DNA of 30,837 bases from Solirubrobacteraceae bacterium (GCA_034665465.1 JAXDFS010000040.1:1-30837), one strand, 5' to 3'. Positions 1 through 9,205 are shown, numbered from the stretch's first letter. Translations and numbers: made by a program. Notes: generated from the letters alone by a model not told the origin.

Positions 1-534
1 CCCGGTCGCCGCGCCGATCGCCTCCGCGAGCTGCGCCGCGTGACGCTCGGCGAGCTCGAACGGGGCGCCCGCGCGGGCGCGGACGTTTACGCGCAGCGCC
101 TCGCTGCCGGCGAGCGCGAGGTGAAGCTCCAAGCGCCCGAGCGTCGCCGACGCGTACGTCACCCGCAGCTCGTGGTGCTCGCGCGGCCCGCCGCCGGCGG
201 CGCCGTCGCGCTCGTCGACGTCGATGCGGGCGCTTGCACCGCCGGGAAGCGGCACCGCGACCGCGACCGGCGGCGGCACGGTCGCCGCGACCGACGGATC
301 GGCGATTCGCAGCACGACGCGCTCGGAGGTCGATTCGGCGACGACGAGGCGCAGGACGTCGCCGACCTGGACGCCGTCGGGCAGCTGCGCCGCCAGCGGC
401 GTTCCGGCGAGCACGATGATGCCCTTGGCGCCCGCGCGCTCGGCGACGCTCGCCACGACCCGCATGCCCTCGCGTAGTACGAGGTCGGGCAGCACCGCGC
501 GCAGCAGTGCGGCCTCGACGCGCAGCATGTCCAT
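1..534 (-). CDS. Partial CDS running off the left edge; hypothetical protein with a FliK-like (hook-length control) C-terminal region
   Basis: My translation from ATG 534 is open to base 1: MDMLRVEAALLRAVLPDLVLREGMRVVASVAERAGAKG...VTYASATLGRLELHLALAGSEALRVNVRA...LAEAIGAATG. It is absent from the ORF track because no stop lies in the window. Codon use is GC3-biased. The 'LGRLELHLAL..VNVRA' segment resembles the FliK T3S4 domain, and the context is flagellar. Confidence 0.55.
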   Translation of the reverse strand, partial: MDMLRVEAALLRAVLPDLVLREGMRVVASVAERAGAKGIIVLAGTPLAAQLPDGVQVGDVLRLVVAESTSERVVLRIADPSVAATVPPPVAVAVPLPGGASARIDVDERDGAAGGGPREHHELRVTYASATLGRLELHLALAGSEALRVNVRARAGAPFELAERHAAQLAEAIGAATG

Positions 535-537
535 GTC

Positions 538-564
538 TCAAGGATGACCGGTCGGAGCCGATGA
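538..564 (+). promoter_or_regulatory. sigma28 (FliA/WhiG/SigD-type) promoter for the flgF operon
   Basis: TCAA(538-541)-N15-GCCGATGA(557-564). ATG 573 lies 8 nt downstream, so the transcript is probably leaderless. Confidence 0.8.
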
Positions 565-572
565 CCTCCCCC

Positions 573-1262
573 ATGGAGCGTGGGCTGTACATCGCCGCAT
601 CCGGGATGCTCGCCGAGCAGGCCCGCCAGGACCTCATCGCCCACGACCTCGCCAACGCCTCGACGCCCGGCTACAAGCCCGACCGCGTCGCCAGCACGAG
701 CTTCGGCGACCTGCTGCTCAGCGACACCGCCAGCGGCCGGCCGATCGGCGCCCTCGGCCTCGGGACGCAGATCGACCGTCAGGTGACCGACACGAGCCCC
801 GGGCCGCTGCACGACACCGGCGAGCCGCTGGACTTCGCCGTCCAGGGCGACGGCTTCTTCGCCGTCCGCACCTCCGCCGGGGTGCGCTACACCCGCGACG
901 GCCAGTTCTCCGCGTCGGCTGGCGGCACGCTCGTCACCGCCGCCGGCGACGACGTCCTCGGCCCTGGCGGCGCACCCGTCCGGATCGGTGCGGGCGGCAC
1001 GGTGGCGCCCTCTGCGATCGGCGTCGTCGCGCTCACCAACGCCAGGCGCCAGGGCGACACCCTCTTCACCGGCACGCCGGGGGCCACCGCCACCGCCACC
1101 GGCACGGTCCGTGGCGGCGCGCTGGAGGGCAGCGCGGTCGACCCGGTCCACACGATGGTCGAGATGCTCGGATCGCTGCGCACCTTCGAGGCCGGCCAGC
1201 GCGTCATCACGACGATCGACTCGACGCTTGGCAAGGCCGCCAACCAGGTCGGTGCCGTCTGA
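573..1262 (+). CDS. flgF: Flagellar basal-body rod protein (FlgF/FlhO-like)
   Basis: MERGLYIAASGM...DLIAHDLANASTPGYK...TGEPLDFAVQGDGFF...YTRDGQF...LEGSAVDPVHTMVEM, the standard rod/hook N- and C-terminal motifs. Start taken at ATG 573 from the promoter position (561 is an alternative). Confidence 0.85.
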   Translation: MERGLYIAASGMLAEQARQDLIAHDLANASTPGYKPDRVASTSFGDLLLSDTASGRPIGALGLGTQIDRQVTDTSPGPLHDTGEPLDFAVQGDGFFAVRTSAGVRYTRDGQFSASAGGTLVTAAGDDVLGPGGAPVRIGAGGTVAPSAIGVVALTNARRQGDTLFTGTPGATATATGTVRGGALEGSAVDPVHTMVEMLGSLRTFEAGQRVITTIDSTLGKAANQVGAV

Positions 1263-1999
1263 TGCTCGAGGGCCTCAAGGCAGCCGCGACCGGCATGACC
1301 GCGCAGCAGACGCGGATGGACGCGCTGTCCAACGACATCGCGAACGTCAACACGACCGGCTACAAGCACGAGCGCGTCGCCTTCGGCGACCTCGTCGCCT
1401 CCGCGACCGGCCCCGGCTCCGCGCAGACCGTCGCCGCCGGCGCGGGCGTCGCCGTCGGTCCGGCGGGCCGCGGCACGGGCCAGGGCGCGCTGCACACGAC
1501 CGACCAGCCGCTCGACGTCGCCATCCAGGGCGACGGCTACCTGCAGGTCAAGCTCGCCGACGGCCGCACCGGGATGACCCGCGACGGCTCGCTGCACGTC
1601 GACGCGCGCGGGCGCCTGATGACCTCTTCGGGCGCGCTGCTGCAGCCGCCGGTCACCCTCCCGCGCGGCGTCTCCGCCAAGGACCTGACGATCCACCCCG
1701 ACGGGACACTCAATGCCCAGGGCAAGCCGATCGGCCGCATGGCGCTCGTCAACGTCGTCGCCCCGTCCAAGCTCGACGACGCCGGCAACGGCGTCTACAC
1801 GGCCAACGCCGCCAGCGGCCCGCCGCGGGTGGCCGGCACGAATACGACGCTCGTCCAGGGGGCGCTGGAGTCCTCCAACGTCGACATCGCCGACGCCATG
1901 GTCGATCTCATGGACGCCCAGCGCAGCTTCCAGATGGCAAGCCAGGCGGTCCGCACGCAGGATCAGATGCTGTCGATCGCCAACGGGCTGAAGACATGA
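1262..1999 (+). CDS. flgG: Flagellar distal rod protein (FlgG/FlhP-like)
   Basis: SNDIANVNTTGYK, LDVAIQGDGYLQV, TRDGSL, LESSNVDIADAMVDLM..AQRSFQM. TGATG overlap with the upstream gene. Confidence 0.88.
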   Translation: MLEGLKAAATGMTAQQTRMDALSNDIANVNTTGYKHERVAFGDLVASATGPGSAQTVAAGAGVAVGPAGRGTGQGALHTTDQPLDVAIQGDGYLQVKLADGRTGMTRDGSLHVDARGRLMTSSGALLQPPVTLPRGVSAKDLTIHPDGTLNAQGKPIGRMALVNVVAPSKLDDAGNGVYTANAASGPPRVAGTNTTLVQGALESSNVDIADAMVDLMDAQRSFQMASQAVRTQDQMLSIANGLKT

Positions 2000-2307
2000 C
2001 GAGCGCCGTGGACCTGCCGCCGCTGCCGGCCGGCACGGTGCTGCCACCCGAGGTGCGCGCGGGCGGCCCCGCCGCCCAGAAGGACTACCGCACCGCGCTC
2101 GCCTTCGAGCGCGAGCTCGTCGGCCAGCTCACGAAGGCGATGCAGGCCACGGTGCCCACCGACGAAGACGACGACGCCGGCGTTGGCGCCGCGACGAAGA
2201 CCTACCGCGACATGCTGCCCGGGACGATGGCCGACGCGCTCGTCGCCGGCGGCGGCATCGGCCTCGCATCCGACCTCATGCGCTCCCTGCGGACCGGTGG
2301 CCAGTGA
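1996..2307 (+). CDS. FlgJ-like rod-binding (rod cap) protein, no muramidase domain, 103 aa
   Basis: ATG 1996 (ATGA overlap). AFERELVGQLTKAMQAT...YRDML...MADALVAGGGIGLASDLMRSL matches the Rod-binding domain pattern. Confidence 0.75.
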   Translation: MTSAVDLPPLPAGTVLPPEVRAGGPAAQKDYRTALAFERELVGQLTKAMQATVPTDEDDDAGVGAATKTYRDMLPGTMADALVAGGGIGLASDLMRSLRTGGQ

Positions 2308-2834
2308 CCGTGGGCTTCGCGACGCCGATCGCCGAGGACGTGCTCGCGCACCTCGACGCCCAGCTGGGCTCCGCGCGCAGGCTGCTCGCCCAGGTGCTGC
2401 GCCAGAGCGGCGCGATCCGCCGCCGCGACGTCGACGGCGTCCTGGCGACGATGACCGACATCCAGAGCGAGATGGCCTCGCGCGGACGGCTGGAGAGCGA
2501 GCGCACCGAACTGCTCTGGCGCGCGGGCAGCGCGCTCGGCATCTCCGCCGAGGCGGTGACGCTCGCCGAGCTGACCAGCCTCATGGACGGGGCCGACGCC
2601 GACGACGCCCGCGCGCTCAGCGCCGAGCTGCGCGGCCTGCTCGGCGAAGTCGAGCGCGAGCACGCGATCAACCGCGCGCTCATGCGCCAGGAGCTGTCCT
2701 TCCTCGAGCACCTCACGCGGATGCTCGGCGGCGGCAGCGAGAGCTCCGGCTACCGCCCGCCCAACGGCCATCCCGCCGGGCGCCCCGGCGCGAGCTCCCG
2801 CTCCGCGCTGCACGTCCTCGACCTGGAGGCCTGA
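2304..2834 (+). CDS. flgN: FlgN export chaperone for FlgK/FlgL
   Basis: Helical protein immediately upstream of flgK. HAINRALMRQELSFLEHL resembles the FlgN 'N..N..L...L' pattern. GTGA overlap with the previous gene. Confidence 0.75.
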   Translation: MTVGFATPIAEDVLAHLDAQLGSARRLLAQVLRQSGAIRRRDVDGVLATMTDIQSEMASRGRLESERTELLWRAGSALGISAEAVTLAELTSLMDGADADDARALSAELRGLLGEVEREHAINRALMRQELSFLEHLTRMLGGGSESSGYRPPNGHPAGRPGASSRSALHVLDLEA

Positions 2835-2837
2835 CCC

Positions 2838-4151
2838 GTGCCGATCTCGACATTCATGGGGCTGCACACGTCGCTGCGGGGGCTGCTGGCAGAGCAGCGC
2901 GCGCTCGACGTCACCTCGCACAACGTCGCCAACGCCAACACGCAGGGCTACTCGCGCCAGGAGGCGCAGCTGCAGGCGACCGACGCCCTCGCGCTGCCGA
3001 CCGGCGGCCAGCTCGGCACCGGCATCGACGTCACCGCCTACAAGCGCATCCGCGACAGCTTCCTGGACCTGCAGTACCGCGCCCAGTCGATGCAGGTCGG
3101 CGCCGGCACGACCCGCGCCGACGGCCTCTCGCAGGCCGAGCTGCGCCTCGCCGAGCCCGGCGACAACGGCATCGCGGCGCGCCTGAGCAGCTTCTGGAGC
3201 TCGTGGGCGGACCTCGCCAACGCGCCCGACAGCGGCGCCGCCAAGCAGGCGCTGATCGAGAACGCCCGCACGCTGGCGAGCTCGGTCAACGCGCTCGACT
3301 CCGGCCTGGCCGGCGTCTCGACGCAGTCCGCCGACGAGCTCACGGCGATCACGGCGACGGGCGGCGAGCTGCAGCAGATCGGCAAGGAGCTCGCCGGCCT
3401 CAACGGCGCGATCCGCGACACCGAGCGCGTCGGCGGTCAGCCCAACGACCTGCTCGACCGCCGCGACGTCCTGCTCGACCGGCTCTCGCAACTCGCGCAG
3501 GTCTCCGTCGCCGACAACGGCGCAGGCTCGATCCGCGTCACGGTCGGGGGCGCCGGCGCCCCGCTCGTCGACGGCTCGGCGCTGACCTGGCCGCCGCCGG
3601 CGATGACGAGCCCGGGCGGCAAGCTCGGCGCGCTCATGGACCTCAGCTCCCCGACCGGCACGATCGCCTCCTACCGCGGCGACCTGGCGAACTTCGCGCA
3701 GGCGCTGACGACGCAGGTCAACGCGGTCTACAACCCTGCCGCGGGCGTCGACTTCCTCGCCTACAACGCGGGGACCGCGACGCTTACGGTGAATCCCGCC
3801 GTGACCGCCGCCAACGTCCGCGCCGGTGGCGGCGCGGCCGGTGACAACAGCGCCGCGCTCGCGCTCTCCGAGCTGCGCGGCCGATCCGGCGGCCCCGACG
3901 ACCTGTACTCCCGGCTCGTCACGCGGATCGGCACCGAGGTCGCCGACGCGCGGCGCGGTGAGCAGAACGCCACTGCGCTGTCGGAGTCGATCGAGGATCG
4001 CCGCCAGAGCACCGCCGGCGTCTCGCTCGACGAGGAGATGACGAACCTCATCCGCTTCCAGCGCGGCTACCAGGCCGCGGCGCGCGCGATGACGACGACC
4101 GACACGCTGCTGGACACGCTCATCAACCGCACCGGCCGCGTGGGGCTGTAG
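2838..4151 (+). CDS. flgK: Hook-associated protein 1
   Basis: LDVTSHNVANANTQGYSRQ, KRIRDSFLDLQYR, PNDLLDRRD, STAGVSLDEEMTNLIRFQRGYQAAARAM. Confidence 0.95.
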   Translation: MPISTFMGLHTSLRGLLAEQRALDVTSHNVANANTQGYSRQEAQLQATDALALPTGGQLGTGIDVTAYKRIRDSFLDLQYRAQSMQVGAGTTRADGLSQAELRLAEPGDNGIAARLSSFWSSWADLANAPDSGAAKQALIENARTLASSVNALDSGLAGVSTQSADELTAITATGGELQQIGKELAGLNGAIRDTERVGGQPNDLLDRRDVLLDRLSQLAQVSVADNGAGSIRVTVGGAGAPLVDGSALTWPPPAMTSPGGKLGALMDLSSPTGTIASYRGDLANFAQALTTQVNAVYNPAAGVDFLAYNAGTATLTVNPAVTAANVRAGGGAAGDNSAALALSELRGRSGGPDDLYSRLVTRIGTEVADARRGEQNATALSESIEDRRQSTAGVSLDEEMTNLIRFQRGYQAAARAMTTTDTLLDTLINRTGRVGL

Positions 4152-4154
4152 ACG

Positions 4155-5063
4155 ATGAGCACGCCCCGCATCACGAGCTCGATGATCTCTCGCAGCACGC
4201 TGGCCGACCTCAACGACGTCGCCACCCGGATCACCGACACGCAGCGCAAGATGTCAACGGGCAAGCAGCTCACGCGCCCGTCCGACGACCCCTTCGCGGT
4301 CGGCCGCGCCCTCGGGCTGCACACCGAGGTCGACGGCCTCGTGCAGTACCAGCGCAACTCCGCCGACGGCGAGTCCTGGACCGCCGCCAGCGACACCGCG
4401 CTGGGGACGCTCACCGACATCGCCCAGCGCGGCCGCGAGCTGCTGGTGCGCGGGGCCAACGGCACCGCGACGGCAGGCGAGCGCGCGGTCGTCGCCGACG
4501 AGATCGACCAGCTCATCGAGGCCGCCAAGCAGACCGCCAACAGCCAGCAGGGCGGGCGCTCGCTCTTCGCCGGGACGGCGACGGACGTCAAGCCCTACGC
4601 CGCCGGCTCGGACGTCTACGCCGGCGACGGCGGCGACGTCGTGCGCTCGATCGGCCCCGGCGTCGCGGTCGTCGTCAACGTCCGCGCGTCCGACATCCTT
4701 GGCAGCGGCGGCGGCGACGGCAAGATGCTCAGCGTCCTGCGCGACGTCTCCGCTCATCTGCGCGGCGGGACCTCCGCCGACCAGGCGGCGCTCGGCGGCG
4801 GCGACATCGCCGCGGTCGACCGCTCGATCGACGACCTGCTCGGCGCGCGCGCCCACATCGGCGCCGTCGCCAACCGGCTGTCGGCCGCCGACGACCGGCT
4901 CGCCGAGCTCGAGGGGGGCGCCCGCGAGCTGCTCTCGAAGACCGAGGACGCCGACATGGCGTCGACCCTCATCGACTACTCGATGCAGCAGTCCGTCTAC
5001 CAATCCGCGCTGAAGGCGGGCGCGGGCATCGTGCAATCTTCCCTGCTGGACTTCCTGCGCTGA
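4155..5063 (+). CDS. flgL: Hook-associated protein 3
   Basis: QRKMSTGKQLTRPSDDP, EDADMA...QQSVYQSALKAGA.IVQSSLLDFLR. Confidence 0.95.
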   Translation: MSTPRITSSMISRSTLADLNDVATRITDTQRKMSTGKQLTRPSDDPFAVGRALGLHTEVDGLVQYQRNSADGESWTAASDTALGTLTDIAQRGRELLVRGANGTATAGERAVVADEIDQLIEAAKQTANSQQGGRSLFAGTATDVKPYAAGSDVYAGDGGDVVRSIGPGVAVVVNVRASDILGSGGGDGKMLSVLRDVSAHLRGGTSADQAALGGGDIAAVDRSIDDLLGARAHIGAVANRLSAADDRLAELEGGARELLSKTEDADMASTLIDYSMQQSVYQSALKAGAGIVQSSLLDFLR

Positions 5064-5083
5064 CCCCCGAGGAGCCTTCTGAC

Positions 5084-5539
5084 ATGTCACTGACCGTAGA
5101 GAGCACACGCTTCGGCACCCTCGAGATCGAGCCGGAGGCCGTGCTGTCGTTCCCGCGCGGCCTGATCGGCCTGGGCGGCTCGCGCTACGCGCTGCTGAGC
5201 ACCGAGCCCGACAGCCCGTTCTCCTGGCTGCACTCCGTCGAAGATCCCGGCCTCGCGCTGCCGGTCACGCGGCCGTGGGGATTCTTCCCCGGCTACGAGG
5301 TCCTGCTGTCCGATGCCGAGGCCGCCTCGCTGGGCATCAGCGGTGAGGCCCCGACCGACGTCTGGGTCACCGTCCGCGCGACCGAGCGCGTCGAGGACTT
5401 CACGGTGAACCTGCGCGCGCCGATCATCGTCATCGCCGGCGCCACCGGCCCCGAGGCATTTCAGGTGATCAACGACGCCCCCGGCGCCGACGTGCGGGTC
5501 CCCCTGTTCGCCGCCGGCGCGGACGTCGCAGCCGCCTGA
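5084..5539 (+). CDS. fliW: Flagellar assembly factor FliW (CsrA antagonist)
   Basis: STRFGTLEI, FPRGLIGL, PFSWLHSVEDPGLALPVTRP, TVNLRAPIIV. GGAG RBS; lies directly before csrA. Confidence 0.92.
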   Translation: MSLTVESTRFGTLEIEPEAVLSFPRGLIGLGGSRYALLSTEPDSPFSWLHSVEDPGLALPVTRPWGFFPGYEVLLSDAEAASLGISGEAPTDVWVTVRATERVEDFTVNLRAPIIVIAGATGPEAFQVINDAPGADVRVPLFAAGADVAAA

Positions 5540-5603
5540 CCACCCCGGCGACCGGGCGGTTGCCGACCGATTGGCCGCCGCCGGGGGGCGGACACTAGTC
5601 TTG

Positions 5604-5635
5604 TCCTCCCTCGCAGACACCGGATCCAGGGAGGA
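5604..5635 (+). promoter_or_regulatory. Anti-SD hairpin sequestering the csrA ribosome-binding site
   Basis: TCCTCCCT(5604-5611) is the exact reverse complement of AGGGAGGA(5628-5635), which contains the SD 3 nt before GTG 5639. A TANNNT hexamer (TAGTCT) lies at 5596-5601. Confidence 0.5.
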
Positions 5636-5638
5636 ACC

Positions 5639-5866
5639 GTGCTCAGCATCACGCGCCGCGTCGGCGAGCGCATCGTCATCGGCGACGACATCGTCCTACA
5701 CGTCCAGGAGGTCAGCGGCAGCACGGTGCGCATCGGCATCGAGGCGCCGAAGGCGATGCCCGTCTACCGCGAGGAGATCTGGGCCGCCGTCAAGGAGGAG
5801 AACGCCGCTGCCGCGAGCGCGGCGAAGGACCTGCCGAGCGGGCCGCTGAAGCCGCCCGCCTCCTGA
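5639..5866 (+). CDS. csrA: Carbon storage regulator CsrA
   Basis: MLSITRRVGERIVIGDDI.L.VQEVSGSTVRIGIEAPKAMPVYREEI, with a GGAGG RBS. Confidence 0.95.
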   Translation: MLSITRRVGERIVIGDDIVLHVQEVSGSTVRIGIEAPKAMPVYREEIWAAVKEENAAAASAAKDLPSGPLKPPAS

Positions 5867-5913
5867 CGGCCCGCGAAAAATCAACCGCGGCGGGCCCGAG
5901 CCTGCCCACCCGC

Positions 5914-5941
5914 TAACCCGCCGCCGGACGCGAGCCGATGC
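5914..5941 (+). promoter_or_regulatory. Weaker candidate sigma28 promoter for the PAS-GGDEF-EAL gene
   Basis: TAAC(5914-5917)-N16-GCCGATGC(5934-5941). GTG 5948 lies 6 nt downstream and has no SD. Confidence 0.45.
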
Positions 5942-5947
5942 AGTCCC

Positions 5948-8900
5948 GTGGCCTGGCGCATCGACCTCGTGACAAACGCCGTGATCGCGGTTGCCTACTT
6001 CGGCATCTTCGCGGTGATCTTCAAGGGCCTGCGCCGCTCCGGCCAGCTGCACTCCAACCGCCTGGGCCTGGCGACGGCAGCGATCTTCTTCAGCTGCGGG
6101 ATGGGACACCTGCTGCACGTCGACCACCTGGTCGCGCCGTCGTTCGGCTGGGCGCTGGCGTCCGAGACGCGCGCGGGCGTCGACTGGCACCTGGCGCTGT
6201 GGGACGGGATCACGGCCGGCGTCGCGGTGACCTACTTCTGCCTGCGCAAGAGCTACGGCCAGCTGCTGCTCGGCCCGGCGATCTTCGACGACCTCGCCCG
6301 CGGCTCCGGCGAGCGCGCGCTGCGCAACGCCGAGCAGCTCTTTCGCACGGCCTTCGAGAACGCGCCGATCGGGATGGCGCTCGTGGGCCTCGACGGGCGC
6401 TTCAAGCGCGTCAATCGCTCGCTCTGCGAGATCGTCGGCCTCGACGCGGCCGCCCTGCTCGCACACACCTTCCAGGAGATCACCCACCCCGACGACCTCG
6501 ATGCCGACCTCGAGCTGCTGCGCGAGCTGATCGCCGGCGAGTGCCCGTCCTACTCGATCGAGAAGCGCTACGTCCACTCCACCGGCCGTTTCGTCTGGAT
6601 CGAGCTGCACGTCTCGCTCGTGCGCGACGAGGACGGCGAGCCCGTGCACCTCGTCTCCCAGATCCGCGACATCAGCTCCCAGAAGGCCGCGGAGGAGCAC
6701 CTCGGGCGCTACCTCGCGGTCGTCGAGTTCGCCGAGGACGCGGTCGTGGCGACCGATCTCGAGGGCCGGATCATGACCTGGAACCGCGGCGCCGAGCGCC
6801 TCTACGGCTACGCCTCCGATGCTGCGATGCAGCAGTCGATCGCGCTGCTGCAGCCGGCCGACCGCGTCGGCGAGGTCGACGTCATCAACGGCGAGATCGC
6901 CGCCGGGCGCACGGTCGAGCGCCTGGAGACCAGGCGGCGGCGCCAGGACGGCAGCCTCGTCGACGTGCAGATCACCGTGTCGCCGGTGCGCGACCGCGCC
7001 GGCCGCGTCGTCGGAGCCTCGACGATCGCCCGCGACGTCACGCAGGCGGTCCTCGCGGAGCGCTCTCGCACGCTGCTCGAGCGCGACCTCGCCAAGGCGC
7101 ACGACCGCTACGCCCACGTCCTCGCGGCGGCGACCGAGTGCGCGATCATCGGCACCGACTCCAAGGGCGTCGTCACCGTCTTCAACACCGGCGCCGAGCG
7201 GATGCTCGGCTACCGGGCCCGCGACCTCGTCGGCCACGCCACGCTCGAAGCGCTGCACGACGCCGGGGAGATCGCGGCGCGCGCCAGGGCGCTGGGCATC
7301 GGGCCGGGCTTCGAGGTGCTCGCGGCGACCGCGCGCGAGGGCGGCGCCGAGACCCGCGAGTGGACCTACCTGCGCCGGGACGGCAGCCACGTCGCCGTGA
7401 GCGTCACGGTGACCGCGCAGCGCGAGCGCGGCCTCATGACCGGCTTTCTGGCGATCGCGACCGACATCACCGACGTCAAGCGCGCCGAGCGGGCGCGGCG
7501 CGAGGCCGAGGAGCTCTTCCGCGGCGCCTTCGAGCACGCGCCGATCGGCGTGGCGCTCGTCGCCGCCGACGGCGCCGAGGCGGGAGCGATCGTCCGGGCC
7601 AACCACGCGCTTGCCGATCTCGTCGGCGGCGACCCGGCCACCCTGGCCGGCCGCGACCTCGTCGCGCTCGCCCGCCAGGAGGACCGCGCCGAGCTCGCCG
7701 CGACGCTCGCGCGGCTGCTCGACGGCGCCGAGAGTGTACACGGCGAGCAGCGGCTGATCGCCGCCGACGGGCACGACATCTGGACGCTGCTGTCGGGCTC
7801 GCTCGTGCAGGGCTCGGAGGGACGCGGGCGCCAGGCGGTCATCCAGGTGCTCGACATCACCGAGCGCAAGACGTTCGAGGGTCGCCTGCAGCACCTCGCC
7901 GACCACGACGCGCTGACCGGCCTCGTCAACCGCCGCCGCTTCGAGCACGAGCTCGACCGCGCGCTCGCGCACGCGGAGCGCTACGGCAGCCGCGGCGCGG
8001 TGCTGCTGCTGGACCTCGACGGCTTCAAGTACATCAACGACGCGCTCGGCCATTCCGTCGGCGACGAGCTGATCATGCGCATCGCGGGCGTCATCCGCGG
8101 GACGCTGCGCGAGACCGACCTCGTCGCCCGGATCGGCGGCGACGAGTTCGCGGCCATCCTGCCCGAGGCCGACGCGCAGACGGCGGCCGTGGTGGCCGAG
8201 AAGCTGCTGTCGGCGATCCGCCGCCAGGGCAGCGTCGAGACGAGCGCCAAGCGCCAGGCGCGGGTGACGACGTCGATCGGCGTCACGGTCTTCGACGGCG
8301 TCCGCGGGCTCACGGGCGAGGACCTGCTCGTGGAGGCCGACATCGCGATGTACGACGCCAAGGACGCCGGGCGCGACGGCGTCAAGGTCTACAGCGACGA
8401 GGAGCGCAGCCGCGAGCAGATCAACGTCCGCGCGACCTGGCTGGAGCGCCTGCGCTCGGCCGTCGCCGACGACCGCTTCCGCCTCGTCGCCCAGCCGATC
8501 GTGTCGCTCGGCGAGCCGGGCGTGCCATGGCTGGAGCTGCTGCTGCGCTACGAGGACGACGACGGCGACCTCGTCCCGCCCGGCGCGTTCCTGCCGATCG
8601 CCGAGCGCTTCGACCTCATCTGCGACATCGACCGCTGGGTGCTGCGCGAGGCCGTGCGGCTGCTGCACGACGAGCACGCCGCCGGCCGCGACGTCTCACT
8701 CGCGGTGAACCTCTCGGGCCGGACGATGAGCGACCCCGGACTCGGCGAGTACCTCGAGTCGCTGCTGGCCGCGCAGCCGATCCAGCCCGGGCGGCTCGTC
8801 ATCGAGGTCACCGAGACTGCCGCGATCGTGAACATCGACCGCGCGCGGCGCCTGGCCGAGCGCCTGCACGCGCTCGGCTGCCGCTTCGCGCTCGACGACT

Positions 8901-9205
8901 TCGGGGCGGGCTTCGCCTCCTTCTACTACCTCAAGCACCTCGCCTTCGACTATCTGAAGATCGACGGCGAGTTCGTCCGCCAGCTCGTGCACGACCCCAC
9001 CGACCAGCTCGTCATCCAGGCGGTGGTGAACATCGCGCGCGGCCTCGGCACGCGCACGGTGGCCGAGTTCGTGGGCGACGAGCCGACGGTCGAGCTGCTG
9101 CGCAGCCTCGGCGTCGACTACGGGCAGGGCTATCACCTCGGGATGCCGACGCCGATCGCGCAGGTGCTGGAGGCGGCGGCGCGCGAAGGCGTGTCCGGGC
9201 TCTAG
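5948..9205 (+). CDS. Membrane-anchored diguanylate cyclase/phosphodiesterase: ETR1-like N-terminal TM sensor, 4 PAS/PAC, GGDEF, EAL
   Basis: Four PAS repeats (FENAPIGMA..THPDD; WNRGAERLYGY; FNTGAERMLGY; FEHAPIGVA). GGDEF domain with DALTGLVNRR, DLDGFKYINDALGHSVGD, RETD I-site and RIGGDEF. EAL domain with ELLLR, VNLS, IEVTET, LDDFGAG, KIDGEFV, AEFVG and GQGYHLG. Confidence 0.93.
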   Translation: MAWRIDLVTNAVIAVAYFGIFAVIFKGLRRSGQLHSNRLGLATAAIFFSCGMGHLLHVDHLVAPSFGWALASETRAGVDWHLALWDGITAGVAVTYFCLRKSYGQLLLGPAIFDDLARGSGERALRNAEQLFRTAFENAPIGMALVGLDGRFKRVNRSLCEIVGLDAAALLAHTFQEITHPDDLDADLELLRELIAGECPSYSIEKRYVHSTGRFVWIELHVSLVRDEDGEPVHLVSQIRDISSQKAAEEHLGRYLAVVEFAEDAVVATDLEGRIMTWNRGAERLYGYASDAAMQQSIALLQPADRVGEVDVINGEIAAGRTVERLETRRRRQDGSLVDVQITVSPVRDRAGRVVGASTIARDVTQAVLAERSRTLLERDLAKAHDRYAHVLAAATECAIIGTDSKGVVTVFNTGAERMLGYRARDLVGHATLEALHDAGEIAARARALGIGPGFEVLAATAREGGAETREWTYLRRDGSHVAVSVTVTAQRERGLMTGFLAIATDITDVKRAERARREAEELFRGAFEHAPIGVALVAADGAEAGAIVRANHALADLVGGDPATLAGRDLVALARQEDRAELAATLARLLDGAESVHGEQRLIAADGHDIWTLLSGSLVQGSEGRGRQAVIQVLDITERKTFEGRLQHLADHDALTGLVNRRRFEHELDRALAHAERYGSRGAVLLLDLDGFKYINDALGHSVGDELIMRIAGVIRGTLRETDLVARIGGDEFAAILPEADAQTAAVVAEKLLSAIRRQGSVETSAKRQARVTTSIGVTVFDGVRGLTGEDLLVEADIAMYDAKDAGRDGVKVYSDEERSREQINVRATWLERLRSAVADDRFRLVAQPIVSLGEPGVPWLELLLRYEDDDGDLVPPGAFLPIAERFDLICDIDRWVLREAVRLLHDEHAAGRDVSLAVNLSGRTMSDPGLGEYLESLLAAQPIQPGRLVIEVTETAAIVNIDRARRLAERLHALGCRFALDDFGAGFASFYYLKHLAFDYLKIDGEFVRQLVHDPTDQLVIQAVVNIARGLGTRTVAEFVGDEPTVELLRSLGVDYGQGYHLGMPTPIAQVLEAAAREGVSGL

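Noticed and set aside
159-5620. Minus-strand ORFs across the flg operon (159-1151, 887-2047, 2202-3491, 4254-5108 and others)
   Set aside because: Antisense to well-supported flagellar genes, with no recognisable motifs.
5696-8677. 993-aa minus-strand ORF
   Set aside because: Antisense shadow of the GGDEF/EAL gene, typical of high-GC DNA.
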